Shown: positions 16,933 through 26,191, counted from the stretch's first letter. The stretch: 32,817 nt of DNA from Anaerolineales bacterium (GCA_037383445.1 JARROY010000011.1:1-32817); one strand, 5' to 3'. Made by a program: numbers and translations. Notes: generated by a model not told the origin, from the letters alone.

Positions 16933-18659
16933 CTCCCAACTGAAGAACGGCCAGGAACGCTTCTTGTGGAATCTCAACACTCCCGATCATCTTCATGCGT
17001 TTCTTCCCTTTCTTTTGTTTTTCCAACAGCTTGCGCTTTCGGGACACATCACCGCCGTAACACTTTGCCAGCACATCTTTGCGCAGGGCTTTAACATTGG
17101 CGCGCGAGATCACCCGGTTGGCGGCTACCGCCTGAATGGGTACGACAAACAGCTGCCGCGGGATCAGGTCTTTTAGTTTGGTGATCAAAGCCTGGCCGCG
17201 GTGGTAAGCGTGATCCTTATGCACGATCGAAGCCAGGGCATCGACCGGCTCTCCGTTGACCAGGATTTCCAGCTTGGTAAGATTTTCCGCCCGGTATTCT
17301 TTGAATTGATAATCCAGTGAGGCATAACCGCGGGTGCGTGATTTAAGTACGTCAAAGAAATCTACGATCAATTCCGAGAGCGGAATTTCGTAATTAAGCT
17401 GCACCCGCCCTTGAGCAGGATATTCCTCGCTGACGTACACTCCGCGCCGTTTGGTGGTCATGTCCATCACCGCCCCGTAATACTCGGTGGGCGTGAAGAC
17501 CTGAATATTCATCCACGGTTCGCGGATCTCTTCAATCGTGCTTTCATCCGGCAGGAAGGCGGGTGATTCGATTTTGAGACTGCTGCCATCCCGCAAAATA
17601 ATCTCGTATTCCACCGAAGGGGCTGTGATGATAATGTCCAGGTCGTACTCGCGCTCCAGGCGTTCTTGGATAATCTCCATGTGGAACATGCCCAAAAACC
17701 CGCAGCGGAAACCGAAATTGAGCGCCTGGGAGGTTTCCGGCTCAAAGACTAGGGAGGCGTCGTTCAGCTGAAGCTTCTCCAGCGCTTCTTTCAGATCATT
17801 ATAATCTTCACCCTCCACCGGATATATTCCGGCAAAGACCATCGATTTGGCCTCTTTATAACCAGGCAGGGGTTTGGGGTACTGCTTCGATTTCAGAGTT
17901 ACCGTATCACCCACCCGGCTCTCTGATACGGTCTTCAGACCAGTAGCGATATACCCGACCTCTCCTGCCTTGAGGATCCCGGTCGGTTTGAGTTGGGGGG
18001 CAAACACGCCGATCTCGACCGGGCGGAAATCCACACCTGTGGCGATCATGTGCAGGTCGTTTGAACCCTTCAGTTTGCCATCCACCACCCGCACATAAGC
18101 TACCACGCCTTTAAAAGAATCATAATGAGAATCGAACACCAGCGCGCGCGGCACACCATCTGCATCGCCTTTCGGTGGCGGCACCTGCCGCACGACAGCC
18201 TCCAGCACGGCAACTGATTTCTTCCGCCACCAAATCAGGCTGGGCCGAGATCATATCGATCTTGTTGATTACCGGGATGATCTCCAGATCAGCTTCCAAG
18301 GCCAGATAAAGATTGGCAATCGTCTGAGCCTCCATCCCCTGGCTGGCATCCACCACCAATAATGCTCCTTCGCAGGCGTTCAGGGCGCGGCTGACTTCGT
18401 AGCCGAAATCTACGTGCCCAGGGGTGTCGATCAGGTTCAACTCGTAAGTCTGACCGTCTTCTGCTGTATAACTCATCCGCACAGCCGAGGCTTTGATGGT
18501 GACGCCCTTCTCACGCTCCAGATCCATCGTATCCAGCACCTGGTCCATCATCTCGCGGTCAGAGATGGTATGCGTCACCTGCAGCATACGGTCCGCCAGA
18601 GTGGACTTGCCGTGATCGATGTGAGCGATGATACAGAAATTACGTATATGGTCGAACAT
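16925..18659 (-). pseudogene. lepA: Elongation factor 4 (LepA), split near 18210 by a frameshifting internal deletion (real lesion or assembly artefact)
   Basis: 5' ORF has [28 protein letters not shown] and NKID. 3' ORF has GFRCGFLGMFHMEIIQERLERE and KCYGGDVSRKRKLLEKQKKGK. The segment containing the SAK (G5) motif is missing at the frame switch. Confidence 0.9.
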
Positions 18660-18669
18660 AGTCGCAGGA

Positions 18670-18678
18670 AGTATACCA
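18670..18678 (-). promoter_or_regulatory. Extended -10 promoter of lepA (near-leaderless)
   Basis: Minus strand TGgTATACT, then 10 nt, then the lepA ATG. No SD sequence. Confidence 0.5.
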
Positions 18679-18733
18679 GTATTTGTCAGGTAGTCGAGGA
18701 GTGGAATAGTCGAGCAGTCTGGTTAATAGTCAG

Positions 18734-19510
18734 TCAATCCAGAACTTTGATCAATCCCTCTATATCCGCTGAGTGTTTGGCTGGGTATTCCAGATAAGCC
18801 AAGAACTCAATGTTCCCCTTCGGTCCGGTAATCGGAGAGCGTGCCAGTCCCAGTACGCCAAGCCCTTCCCCCATGGCAAAATAGAGCACTTCTTCCACTA
18901 CCTGGCGGTGGATTTCGGGATCCTTAATCACTCCTTTACCGCGGGTCACTTCCTTACGCCCGGCCTCAAATTGCGGTTTGATCAGCACCACCGCCTGACC
19001 GCCTTCCTCCCCAAACCAGTGCTTGAAGACCGGCAGCAAGATCTTGAGGGAGATGAACGAGGCGTCCACGGTGACCAGGGCAACCGATTCGGGCAGGCTC
19101 TCCACATGGCGGGCATTGGTTCCTTCCATCACCACCACGCGCTCGTCATTGCGCAGGTTCCAATGCAGAATGCCCTGCCCGACATCAATCGCATACACCT
19201 TGCGCGCCCCGTTCTGCAGCAGGCAGTCAGTAAACCCACCCGTCGAAGCGCCGATGTCGGCACACACCAAACCGCGCACATCTAATTGGAAAGCCTCAAT
19301 CGCCCCTTCCAGCTTCTCCCCGCCGCGCGAGACATATTTCGGGCCAAGGTCAACCTCCAGCTGAATCTCCGGCGGGTAGCTGATCGAAGGTTTGGCGACC
19401 ACCTGCCCATCGGCGCGCACTTGCCCCGCCATCACCAGCCGCTGGGCCAGCGAGCGGCTCTCTGCCAGACCGCGCTCCACCAGGAGGACATCCACGCGCA
19501 CCTTTTTCAT
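18734..19510 (-). CDS. tlyA: TlyA family rRNA 2'-O-methyltransferase (S4 + FtsJ-like)
   Basis: RVDVLLVERGL, YVSRGGEKL, DIGASTGGFTDCLLQ, DASFISL, LIKPQFEAG, SPITGPKGNIEFL. Confidence 0.95.
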   Translation of the reverse strand: MKKVRVDVLLVERGLAESRSLAQRLVMAGQVRADGQVVAKPSISYPPEIQLEVDLGPKYVSRGGEKLEGAIEAFQLDVRGLVCADIGASTGGFTDCLLQNGARKVYAIDVGQGILHWNLRNDERVVVMEGTNARHVESLPESVALVTVDASFISLKILLPVFKHWFGEEGGQAVVLIKPQFEAGRKEVTRGKGVIKDPEIHRQVVEEVLYFAMGEGLGVLGLARSPITGPKGNIEFLAYLEYPAKHSADIEGLIKVLD

Positions 19511-19516
19511 ACTGAA

Positions 19517-19525
19517 ATTGTATCA
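19517..19525 (-). promoter_or_regulatory. Extended -10 promoter, leaderless tlyA transcript
   Basis: Minus strand TGaTACAAT-TTCAGT-ATG; 6-nt spacer to the start codon. Confidence 0.55.
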
Positions 19526-19548
19526 GGGTTCAATCTTCTTGAGCCAGA

Positions 19549-20199
19549 TCATAAGATATTAATCACCGCAAAATAATGGGTAATGCTGCCCCCCAGCACA
19601 AACAAATGCCAAATGGTATGGTTGTATGGCAGCCTGCGCCACAGGTAGAAGATCACCCCGACGGTATAGCAGACTCCTCCAATCGCCAGCAGGATCAGGC
19701 TGGTCGGTTCCACTCGGCTGAGCAGCTGACGCACGGCCACCACCACCAGCCACCCCATCGCCAGGTACAACACCAGGGAGGCCTTCTCCAGCTTGTCGAT
19801 GAATCCCAATTTGATCACCAGTCCTAAAATCGTCAGCCCCCAGATCACACCGAACAGGCTCCAGCCCCAGGGACCGCGCAGGTTATTGAGCAGGAAAGGA
19901 GTATATGTCCCGGCAATCAGCAGGAAGATGGCTGAATGGTCGAGTTTTTTCAGCACCTGCTTCCATTCAAGTATCGGAATGGAATGGTAAAGGGTCGAGG
20001 CCAGATATAAGAGGAACAAAGAGACCCCGTAGATTGCAAAACTGACAACATGCCAGGTACTGCCATCCTGGGACGCCCTTACCAGCAGAACCACCAGTCC
20101 CAACAGGCTGAGAACCGCGCCAGCCCCATGAGTCAGACTATTGGCAATCTCCTCCCGATTGGAATAATAATTTAAACGCTTCTTGTGCGAACCCTTCAT
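19549..20199 (-). CDS. Hemolysin III / PAQR family membrane protein (TrhA-like)
   Basis: EEIANSLTHG, STLYH, KLDHSAIFLLIAGTYTP, YLAMGW, HTIWHLFVLGGSITHY. AAGGAG SD precedes ATG 20199. Confidence 0.92.
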   Translation of the reverse strand: MKGSHKKRLNYYSNREEIANSLTHGAGAVLSLLGLVVLLVRASQDGSTWHVVSFAIYGVSLFLLYLASTLYHSIPILEWKQVLKKLDHSAIFLLIAGTYTPFLLNNLRGPWGWSLFGVIWGLTILGLVIKLGFIDKLEKASLVLYLAMGWLVVVAVRQLLSRVEPTSLILLAIGGVCYTVGVIFYLWRRLPYNHTIWHLFVLGGSITHYFAVINIL

Positions 20200-20451
20200 C
20201 AAGTTGGTCTCCTTCAGAAATTTATGTTGCCAGGTCTTACACCCAGCATAAACCATATTCAAGCAAACTTCAACAGGCTGAGGTGGAGAGCACTATTGCA
20301 TCAAATTTTGAGTCGCTTGACAAACATGGTGAAATATGGATCACCCCTAAACCAATGGATTGACAAAACGCATCACATATGGAGGAAGATCGCAAGCGAA
20401 CGGCCCAATCTGAGAAAACTATTGGGGGCGCTACCCTTCCCTACCACTTTA

Positions 20452-20460
20452 TGCTATTAT
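20452..20460 (+). promoter_or_regulatory. Extended -10 promoter, leaderless ubiA-mvk transcript
   Basis: TGcTATTAT-TCCGGT-ATG(20467); 6-nt spacer and no SD. Confidence 0.5.
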
Positions 20461-20466
20461 TCCGGT

Positions 20467-21336
20467 ATGCTGATTGCACTGATCAAAGCCATGCGTCCCA
20501 GACAGTGGGTGAAAAACATTTTAATCTTTGCCGCCCTTGTGTTTGACCGCAAGATCGGCTACCCATCTGCGCTGCTGTCCACCATCGCGGGGGCAATCCT
20601 ATTCAGTCTGATTGCCAGCGCAATTTACCTGATCAATGATATCTCCGACGTTGAGGAAGACCGCAATCACCCCACCAAGAAAAACCGGCAAATCGCTTCT
20701 GGTAAGCTGCCAATCCCAACTGCCCGCTTCGCTGCATTATTGCTCCTGGTCGTCAGCTTGGCGCTGGCCTATTTGCTCTCACCAGGGTTCTCCCTGATCT
20801 GCCTGGTTTATATCTGTTCAAATCTTTCCTATTCGCTGTGGTTGAAACATATCCCCCTGATCGATGTGTTAGCCTTGGCGAGTTTTTACGTGATCCGTGT
20901 TGCGGCAGGAGTTACCATTATCAACGTCGATCGCTTTTCACCCTGGTTGTATATCGCAACCACTTTCTTGGCGCTTTTTTTGGGAATTGGCAAGCGCCGA
21001 GCCGAATTGGTCAACGGCCAAAAGGATGGCAACCAATCTCGTAAAGTGCTTACCAGCTACACACTCTCTTACCTCGATCAATTGATCATGATCGTGCTGA
21101 CGATTACGATTGTCACCTATAGCCTGTACACTTTCTCTGCACCCAACCTGCCGGAAAACCATGTCACCATGCTGACGATTCCGTTCGTTATCTACGGTGT
21201 TTTTCGGTATCTCTACCTCATCCAGGTTGAAGGACATGGCGAAGTACCGGAAGAAATCTTACTGACAGACCGCCCTTCCCAGATCAACATAGTTCTATGG
21301 TCATTTTCGATCCTGCTAATTTTTTATATTTTTTAG
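20467..21336 (+). CDS. UbiA-family decaprenyl-phosphate phosphoribosyltransferase-like protein
   Basis: RPRQWVKN, YLINDISDVEEDRNHPTKKNRQIASG, YSLWLKHIPLIDV, KRRAEL, YGVFRY match the DPPR synthase (Rv3806c-type) subfamily. Start moved to ATG 20467. Confidence 0.85.
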   Translation: MLIALIKAMRPRQWVKNILIFAALVFDRKIGYPSALLSTIAGAILFSLIASAIYLINDISDVEEDRNHPTKKNRQIASGKLPIPTARFAALLLLVVSLALAYLLSPGFSLICLVYICSNLSYSLWLKHIPLIDVLALASFYVIRVAAGVTIINVDRFSPWLYIATTFLALFLGIGKRRAELVNGQKDGNQSRKVLTSYTLSYLDQLIMIVLTITIVTYSLYTFSAPNLPENHVTMLTIPFVIYGVFRYLYLIQVEGHGEVPEEILLTDRPSQINIVLWSFSILLIFYIF

Positions 21337-21340
21337 TCTT

Positions 21341-22276
21341 ATGCCAGCCATAAGTGCATCTGCTCCCGGAAAGATCATCCTGTTTGGTGAACACGCTGTG
21401 GTTTACGGCCAGCCAGCGATTGCAGTACCTGTCCACCAGGTGCAAGCCAGGGCGATTGTCAGAGCACAGCCTGGAGCACAAGGGATTAAAGTGCTGGCCC
21501 CAGATATCTCTCTCTCCAGCAGTTTGGCCAACCTACCCCTTGAAGATGCGGTCGCCCGGGCAATCCACCTGACCATGGAAGCATTGGGAATAAAAAATTC
21601 CCCTGCCTGCACTTTGATGATCAGCTCAACCATCCCTTTGGCTGCCGGGATGGGTTCCGGCGCGGCGGTGACGGTGGCGATTGTACGGGCGTTGTCCGGA
21701 TTTTTGGGGCACCCACTGCCAGACCAGATAGTAAACCAGATCGCCTTTGAGGTTGAAAAACTGCACCACGGCACACCTTCCGGCATCGACAATACCGTTG
21801 TCACCTATGCCAAACCGGTCTATTTCGTCAAAGATCAAACCATGGAGTCCATCGAGATCAATACCCCCTTTACTCTGATCATCGGAGATACCGGGATTGC
21901 CACCCCGACCTCACAAACAGTGGGTGATGTACGTAAGTCGTATGAAGCCGAGCCAGCCCTATTCCAAAATTATTTCGAGACCTGCGGGACGATTGCCAAA
22001 AACGCTGCCTATTCGATCCAGCATTCCCGGATCACCTCTCTTGGCCCGCTGATGAATGATAACCACGATATCTTGGTCAAGATGGGTGTTTCCTGCCCGG
22101 AATTAGATCGCCTGGTAGATGCTGCTCGCGCCGCCGGTTCGTGGGGGGCCAAGCTTTCAGGCGGCGGGCGCGGCGGCAACATGATCGCACTGATCGATCC
22201 AGACCGTGCCAAGGTGGTGGAAACGGCTTTAAAGGATGCCGGAGCGGTCCGGACCATTAATACCACGGTCCGCTGA
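21341..22276 (+). CDS. mvk: Mevalonate kinase
   Basis: PGKIILFGEHAVVYG, GHMP motif IPLAAGMGSGAA, HGTPSGID, GAKLSGGGRGG. Confidence 0.93.
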   Translation: MPAISASAPGKIILFGEHAVVYGQPAIAVPVHQVQARAIVRAQPGAQGIKVLAPDISLSSSLANLPLEDAVARAIHLTMEALGIKNSPACTLMISSTIPLAAGMGSGAAVTVAIVRALSGFLGHPLPDQIVNQIAFEVEKLHHGTPSGIDNTVVTYAKPVYFVKDQTMESIEINTPFTLIIGDTGIATPTSQTVGDVRKSYEAEPALFQNYFETCGTIAKNAAYSIQHSRITSLGPLMNDNHDILVKMGVSCPELDRLVDAARAAGSWGAKLSGGGRGGNMIALIDPDRAKVVETALKDAGAVRTINTTVR

Positions 22277-22283
22277 TCAGTTT

Positions 22284-23726
22284 CTAATTAAACAGTATTT
22301 GCGATGGGATAAACAAAAGCCCCAAAAAGATAAACAAAACCCCGACAATCAAAACAGCACTGGCTGCCACCCAAACCCCAGAATCCGGCGGATCAACTTC
22401 CTGGTAATTCTCCAAAGTCTTCCGCAAACGGACTGTCTGACCTGCCCAATCGAGCCCTAACCATAAAAACGCCATAAAACCGAAGATTACAATCACAAAA
22501 AACAGCAAATCCGCAGTGGATCCTGTTTCAAACAAACCCAGCACTGTCAGCCATCCGCCATGCACCAAAAGCAAACCATTCACACGGATCATATCCACCA
22601 GGCTAGCAGCCATGGTAGTGCTGGACTGCACATAGAAAAATAAGTGTCCCGTTAGAATGGCATAAAATGCGGTTAAAGACGCAATCCCCGCAAGCACAGT
22701 GCCGACCAAGGTATTCGAAATCCGAGTGCGTTCCAACATGCGGCGGATAAACCGGGCGAGAACGAAACTCCCAAAATAAAGCATCAGCACAAGTGGTAGA
22801 TAGCTGAAAATAATCACCAGAAATGAAACTTGACCTTGAAGCTGGTTGAAAGGTGAACTGACAAGCCCATCCACCAGGCCGATCAAAAAACCGATCAACC
22901 AGGCGGCGGCAATCCCGCTGATCAGCGAAAACACCTGAGTTATAAAGGGGACATTTTCGGTTTGTGCTAACATAGAAGCGATCTGACGGTTCGGCAAATT
23001 TTCGATTTCCTTATGATTCAGCCACAGCGACTCCTGGTAAAAAACTGCCGCTTGTTCCAGGTCTCCTTTTTCTTGTTTAGCCTTAGCAATTTCCAACAAA
23101 AGTTTCGCATTGGCCACCCTCAGCCGCTTCTCAGAAGTGAACAAATTAAACAAAGTAATTGGCGTGAAGATCAATCCAAAGGGTATCCCAAGCCAGCCCA
23201 CGGTAAGGGTAATGATCACAGCTAGGACAAAATATCGGTTGGCATGGCGAGAGCAATATACCCCCTGAAACATGCGCCGAAAGGTTATCACGATCAGGCT
23301 GAATACAAACGGATAGCTGACCAGACGCAGGGAGTGATCCTGGTCACCGCATACCTGGCAAGAGATATGTTCGGCGTTGTACTCCTTTTCTTCTTCGCCG
23401 GCCATGGGAGTAAAAGCGGGAGCATGGGGTTTTGAAGCAATTTCTTTTGAGGAAAATTTCTGCCTAACACCAGGAAGGTGGTTGTTAATTTTTTCGGCTA
23501 AAAACGTATTGATTCTAAAAACAAGCGCCAACTCTTCCAATATTTTTCTAGCCGCCAGCATCACACCAGATCTGAGAGCAACTTTGGGATAGAGTTCATC
23601 CCATACAGCATAAATCTGCCGCTTACCGGGGTCTGCACCCGAGGGTAACGGTTTCTTTGCCATCAACTCGCTTAGGAATGGTGCTATCTGGTCAACGACT
23701 TCGTGTGCCAGACTGGTTTCATCCAT
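22284..23726 (-). CDS. Hypothetical membrane protein with a CxxC...CxxH putative metal site and a TPR-like helix pair
   Basis: 480-aa ORF: CQVCG, YCSRH, GWLGIPFG, AKAKQEKGDLEQAAVFYQESL, and multiple C-terminal TM helices. Confidence 0.7.
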   Translation of the reverse strand: MDETSLAHEVVDQIAPFLSELMAKKPLPSGADPGKRQIYAVWDELYPKVALRSGVMLAARKILEELALVFRINTFLAEKINNHLPGVRQKFSSKEIASKPHAPAFTPMAGEEEKEYNAEHISCQVCGDQDHSLRLVSYPFVFSLIVITFRRMFQGVYCSRHANRYFVLAVIITLTVGWLGIPFGLIFTPITLFNLFTSEKRLRVANAKLLLEIAKAKQEKGDLEQAAVFYQESLWLNHKEIENLPNRQIASMLAQTENVPFITQVFSLISGIAAAWLIGFLIGLVDGLVSSPFNQLQGQVSFLVIIFSYLPLVLMLYFGSFVLARFIRRMLERTRISNTLVGTVLAGIASLTAFYAILTGHLFFYVQSSTTMAASLVDMIRVNGLLLVHGGWLTVLGLFETGSTADLLFFVIVIFGFMAFLWLGLDWAGQTVRLRKTLENYQEVDPPDSGVWVAASAVLIVGVLFIFLGLLFIPSQILFN

Positions 23727-23851
23727 AAAATGGGGGGGCCTCCATTCATACTGCAGCAGAAAACTCTTATAAGAGCATTTCTCTGGTCTTTCAATAATTT
23801 TACTCTATTGTTGTACTATAATTGGGCGGGACATGTCCTGATTTTAAGCAA

Positions 23852-23880
23852 TTGACACGGATTTACTCCTGGATTAGACT
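23852..23880 (+). promoter_or_regulatory. Sigma70-type promoter of dgt-greA
   Basis: TTGACA-N17-TAGACT, followed by an AAGGA SD before ATG 23909. Confidence 0.7.
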
Positions 23881-23908
23881 ACTCGAATATTAACAGAAGG
23901 AAAGCACC

Positions 23909-25060
23909 ATGATCTATAACCGCGAGAAGTTGGAAGCATTAGAGGATCAGATCCTCGCCCCATATGGAATACGCAGCAGCCAAACTAAAGGTCGTCATTT
24001 TCCCGACCACGAGCCCAACTATCGGACTTCTTTCCAACGGGACCGAGACCGCATCTTGCATACCACAGCCTTCCGCAGGTTAGAATATAAAACGCAGGTT
24101 TTTATCAATTACGAAGGCGATTATTTCCGCACCCGTCTCACTCACACACTGGAGGTTGCCCAAATTGGCCGTACGCTTGCCCGCGCATTAGGCGCTAATG
24201 AAGATTTGGTAGAAACGATCTGCTTGGCTCACGATCTCGGACACCCCCCATTTGGACATTCTGGCGAAATGGCTCTCCACCGTTTGATGAAAGACTATGG
24301 TGGTTTTGACCATAATAAGCAATCTTTCAGGATTATAAACAAACTGGAAAAACGCTACGACGAGTTTCCCGGCCTGAACCTCACCTGGGAAGTTTTAGAA
24401 GGTGTGGTAAAACACGAGACTGAGTATGATATTTCGGACGCGCGCGAATACAACCCAGATCTTCGCGGGCACCTCGAAGCTCAGTTGGCCAATGTGGCGG
24501 ACGAACTGGCCTACACCGCACACGACCTGGACGATGGGCTTCGATCTGGTATGATTTCTCCGGAAATGCTTTCTGGGATCGAGATTTGGGAAATTTTGCG
24601 TGAAGGAATTCAATGGAGAGAGGAGACCCTCTCCGATCTCAACCGGCACCGCTTAATCCGACATTTAATCGGCATTTTGGTTTCAGATGTAGTTGCCGCT
24701 ACAGACGAAAAGATCAGAAACGCCAACGTAAAGTCGGTACTGGACATCCAAAAATTAGATTACAATGTCGCCGGACATTCTTCCGATATGCATCGCCGCA
24801 ACCGAGAAATTAAAGATTTCCTGTATAATAAGCTTTATCGACATTACCGGGTTGTGCGTATGGCTGTTAAAGCAGAGAATACGATAACCGAACTATTTAA
24901 TGCCTACCGCAGTGAACCAACTATGCTTGACGATACCTTTCAGGCTCTTATCGAGGAGCGCGGCCTGGAACGCACAATTTGCGACTATATCGCCGGGATG
25001 ACCGATCGCTACGCAGTTGAGGAACACAAAAAATTATTTGACCCATTTACATTACCATAG
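23909..25060 (+). CDS. dgt: Deoxyguanosinetriphosphate triphosphohydrolase (HD family dNTPase)
   Basis: FQRDRDRILH, RRLEYKTQV, RTRLTHTLEV, HDLGHPPFGHSGE, AYTAHDLDDG, DYIAGMTDRYA. Confidence 0.95.
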   Translation: MIYNREKLEALEDQILAPYGIRSSQTKGRHFPDHEPNYRTSFQRDRDRILHTTAFRRLEYKTQVFINYEGDYFRTRLTHTLEVAQIGRTLARALGANEDLVETICLAHDLGHPPFGHSGEMALHRLMKDYGGFDHNKQSFRIINKLEKRYDEFPGLNLTWEVLEGVVKHETEYDISDAREYNPDLRGHLEAQLANVADELAYTAHDLDDGLRSGMISPEMLSGIEIWEILREGIQWREETLSDLNRHRLIRHLIGILVSDVVAATDEKIRNANVKSVLDIQKLDYNVAGHSSDMHRRNREIKDFLYNKLYRHYRVVRMAVKAENTITELFNAYRSEPTMLDDTFQALIEERGLERTICDYIAGMTDRYAVEEHKKLFDPFTLP

Positions 25061-25070
25061 AGATAGCCTT

Positions 25071-25535
25071 ATGAATAACGAATATTTAATCACCAAAGAA
25101 GGACTAAAAAAATTAAAAGAAGAACTAGAAGATATGAAAACCCGCCAGAGGGATGAGCTCTCTAAGCGGCTGCGCTTTGCCATCCAGCAGGGCGATCTCA
25201 GCGAAAATGCCGATTACCACAAAGCCAAAGAAGACCAGGCATTTTTAGAAGGCAAGATCAGAGAATATGAAGAAACAGTTGCAGGGGCAAAGATTATCGA
25301 TGGAAGCAACAACAACGGTGTCATCGATGTCGGCTCACATATCACCATCCAGGAAGGCAGCTATCCCGAGGAACGCTACCATATGGTGGGTGCCCGCGAG
25401 GCCAATCCTATGGAAGGCCGCATTTCTAACGAATCCCCGATCGGCAAAGCCCTGCTCGGCCGCAAGGCCGGTGATACCGTAACCGTTGAAACGCCTGGTG
25501 GTGCAATGGAACTAAAGATCCTCAGTGTGGAATAA
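25071..25535 (+). CDS. greA: Transcription elongation factor GreA
   Basis: GDLSENADYHKAKEDQAFLEG, ISNESPIGKALLG. Start placed at ATG 25071, after the dgt stop. Confidence 0.96.
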   Translation: MNNEYLITKEGLKKLKEELEDMKTRQRDELSKRLRFAIQQGDLSENADYHKAKEDQAFLEGKIREYEETVAGAKIIDGSNNNGVIDVGSHITIQEGSYPEERYHMVGAREANPMEGRISNESPIGKALLGRKAGDTVTVETPGGAMELKILSVE

Positions 25536-25559
25536 ACCGATTTTCATAATTTAACCAAC

Positions 25560-25590
25560 AAGAGCGCAGTGATCTAAACTGCGCTCTTTT
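25560..25590 (+). terminator. Intrinsic terminator after greA
   Basis: AAGAGCGCAGT-gatctaa-ACTGCGCTCTT-TT: perfect 11-bp inverted repeat ending in a T run, between convergent genes. Confidence 0.85.
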
Positions 25591-25647
25591 GATTTGCTTT
25601 TAACTACAAATAATTATTCCCACATAAAAGTCTACCGAAAAAAATTC

Positions 25648-26112
25648 CTAGTCCTTCGGCAGCCATCCGGTATACTTGCCAATAAAACGCATACCAATAT
25701 GCCCAATGTCCGGTTTGACAAACATCATCGGGCAGCCGCCGCCGATAACTGAAATCCCATTGTCTTTACAAAACTGAACGGCTTCTTCGGAGACGCTGTT
25801 CCCAAACGAGCGGTGCATCCAAACATGGGTGACCCCTGCTTCGGCACATTCCCGGACCACTTTTTCGGTAAGATCCGGGCGGAGTACGATCATCGCGGCC
25901 TGCACCCCTCCAGGAATTTCCTTCACAGACGGGTAGCAGGGATCTCCCTTAAATTCATTAGTAGAAGGATTGACCGCAAATACCTGATAGCCATTATCTT
26001 TTAACTTTTTATAAATGTTGTTGGCAGCATCCTCCTTTGTACGTTGCACTCCCACCACTGCAATCCGTTCCTGAGCCAAAAAATCATCAACCAATTCCTG
26101 TAAATTACTCAC
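25648..26112 (-). CDS. CoA-binding protein (CoA_binding_2 / YccU-like)
   Basis: RIAVVGV, YQVFAVNP, CYPSVKEIP, VWMH, GGCPMMF. GGAGG SD before the GTG start. Confidence 0.88.
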   Translation of the reverse strand: MSNLQELVDDFLAQERIAVVGVQRTKEDAANNIYKKLKDNGYQVFAVNPSTNEFKGDPCYPSVKEIPGGVQAAMIVLRPDLTEKVVRECAEAGVTHVWMHRSFGNSVSEEAVQFCKDNGISVIGGGCPMMFVKPDIGHIGMRFIGKYTGWLPKD

Positions 26113-26167
26113 TTGATCCTCCCAATTGTAAATTTATGAATAAAAATTTAGCCCTAGTATACTGCAC

Positions 26168-26191
26168 AATTGAATCAAATCGGATTCAATT
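26168..26191. promoter_or_regulatory. Perfect 9-6-9 palindrome, candidate transcription-factor operator
   Basis: AATTGAATC-aaatcg-GATTCAATT in the divergent intergenic region, just upstream of a minus-strand TATACT (26156-26161). Confidence 0.5.

Noticed and set aside
18120-18240. Programmed ribosomal frameshift in lepA
   Set aside because: No slippery run at the junction, and conserved residues are missing, so recoding cannot rebuild LepA.
18734-20199. Adjacent 'hemolysin' genes (tlyA and hemolysin III) as a virulence locus
   Set aside because: Motifs indicate an rRNA methyltransferase and a PAQR membrane protein, both common in non-pathogens, and each has its own start signals.
20185-20466. 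94-aa N-terminal extension of UbiA in the ORF track
   Set aside because: It spans the divergent regulatory region. Family similarity starts at ATG 20467, which has a leaderless promoter.
23909-25060. dGTPase as an anti-phage defence gene
   Set aside because: It is a compact housekeeping-type Dgt in an operon with greA, with no defence or mobile genes nearby.
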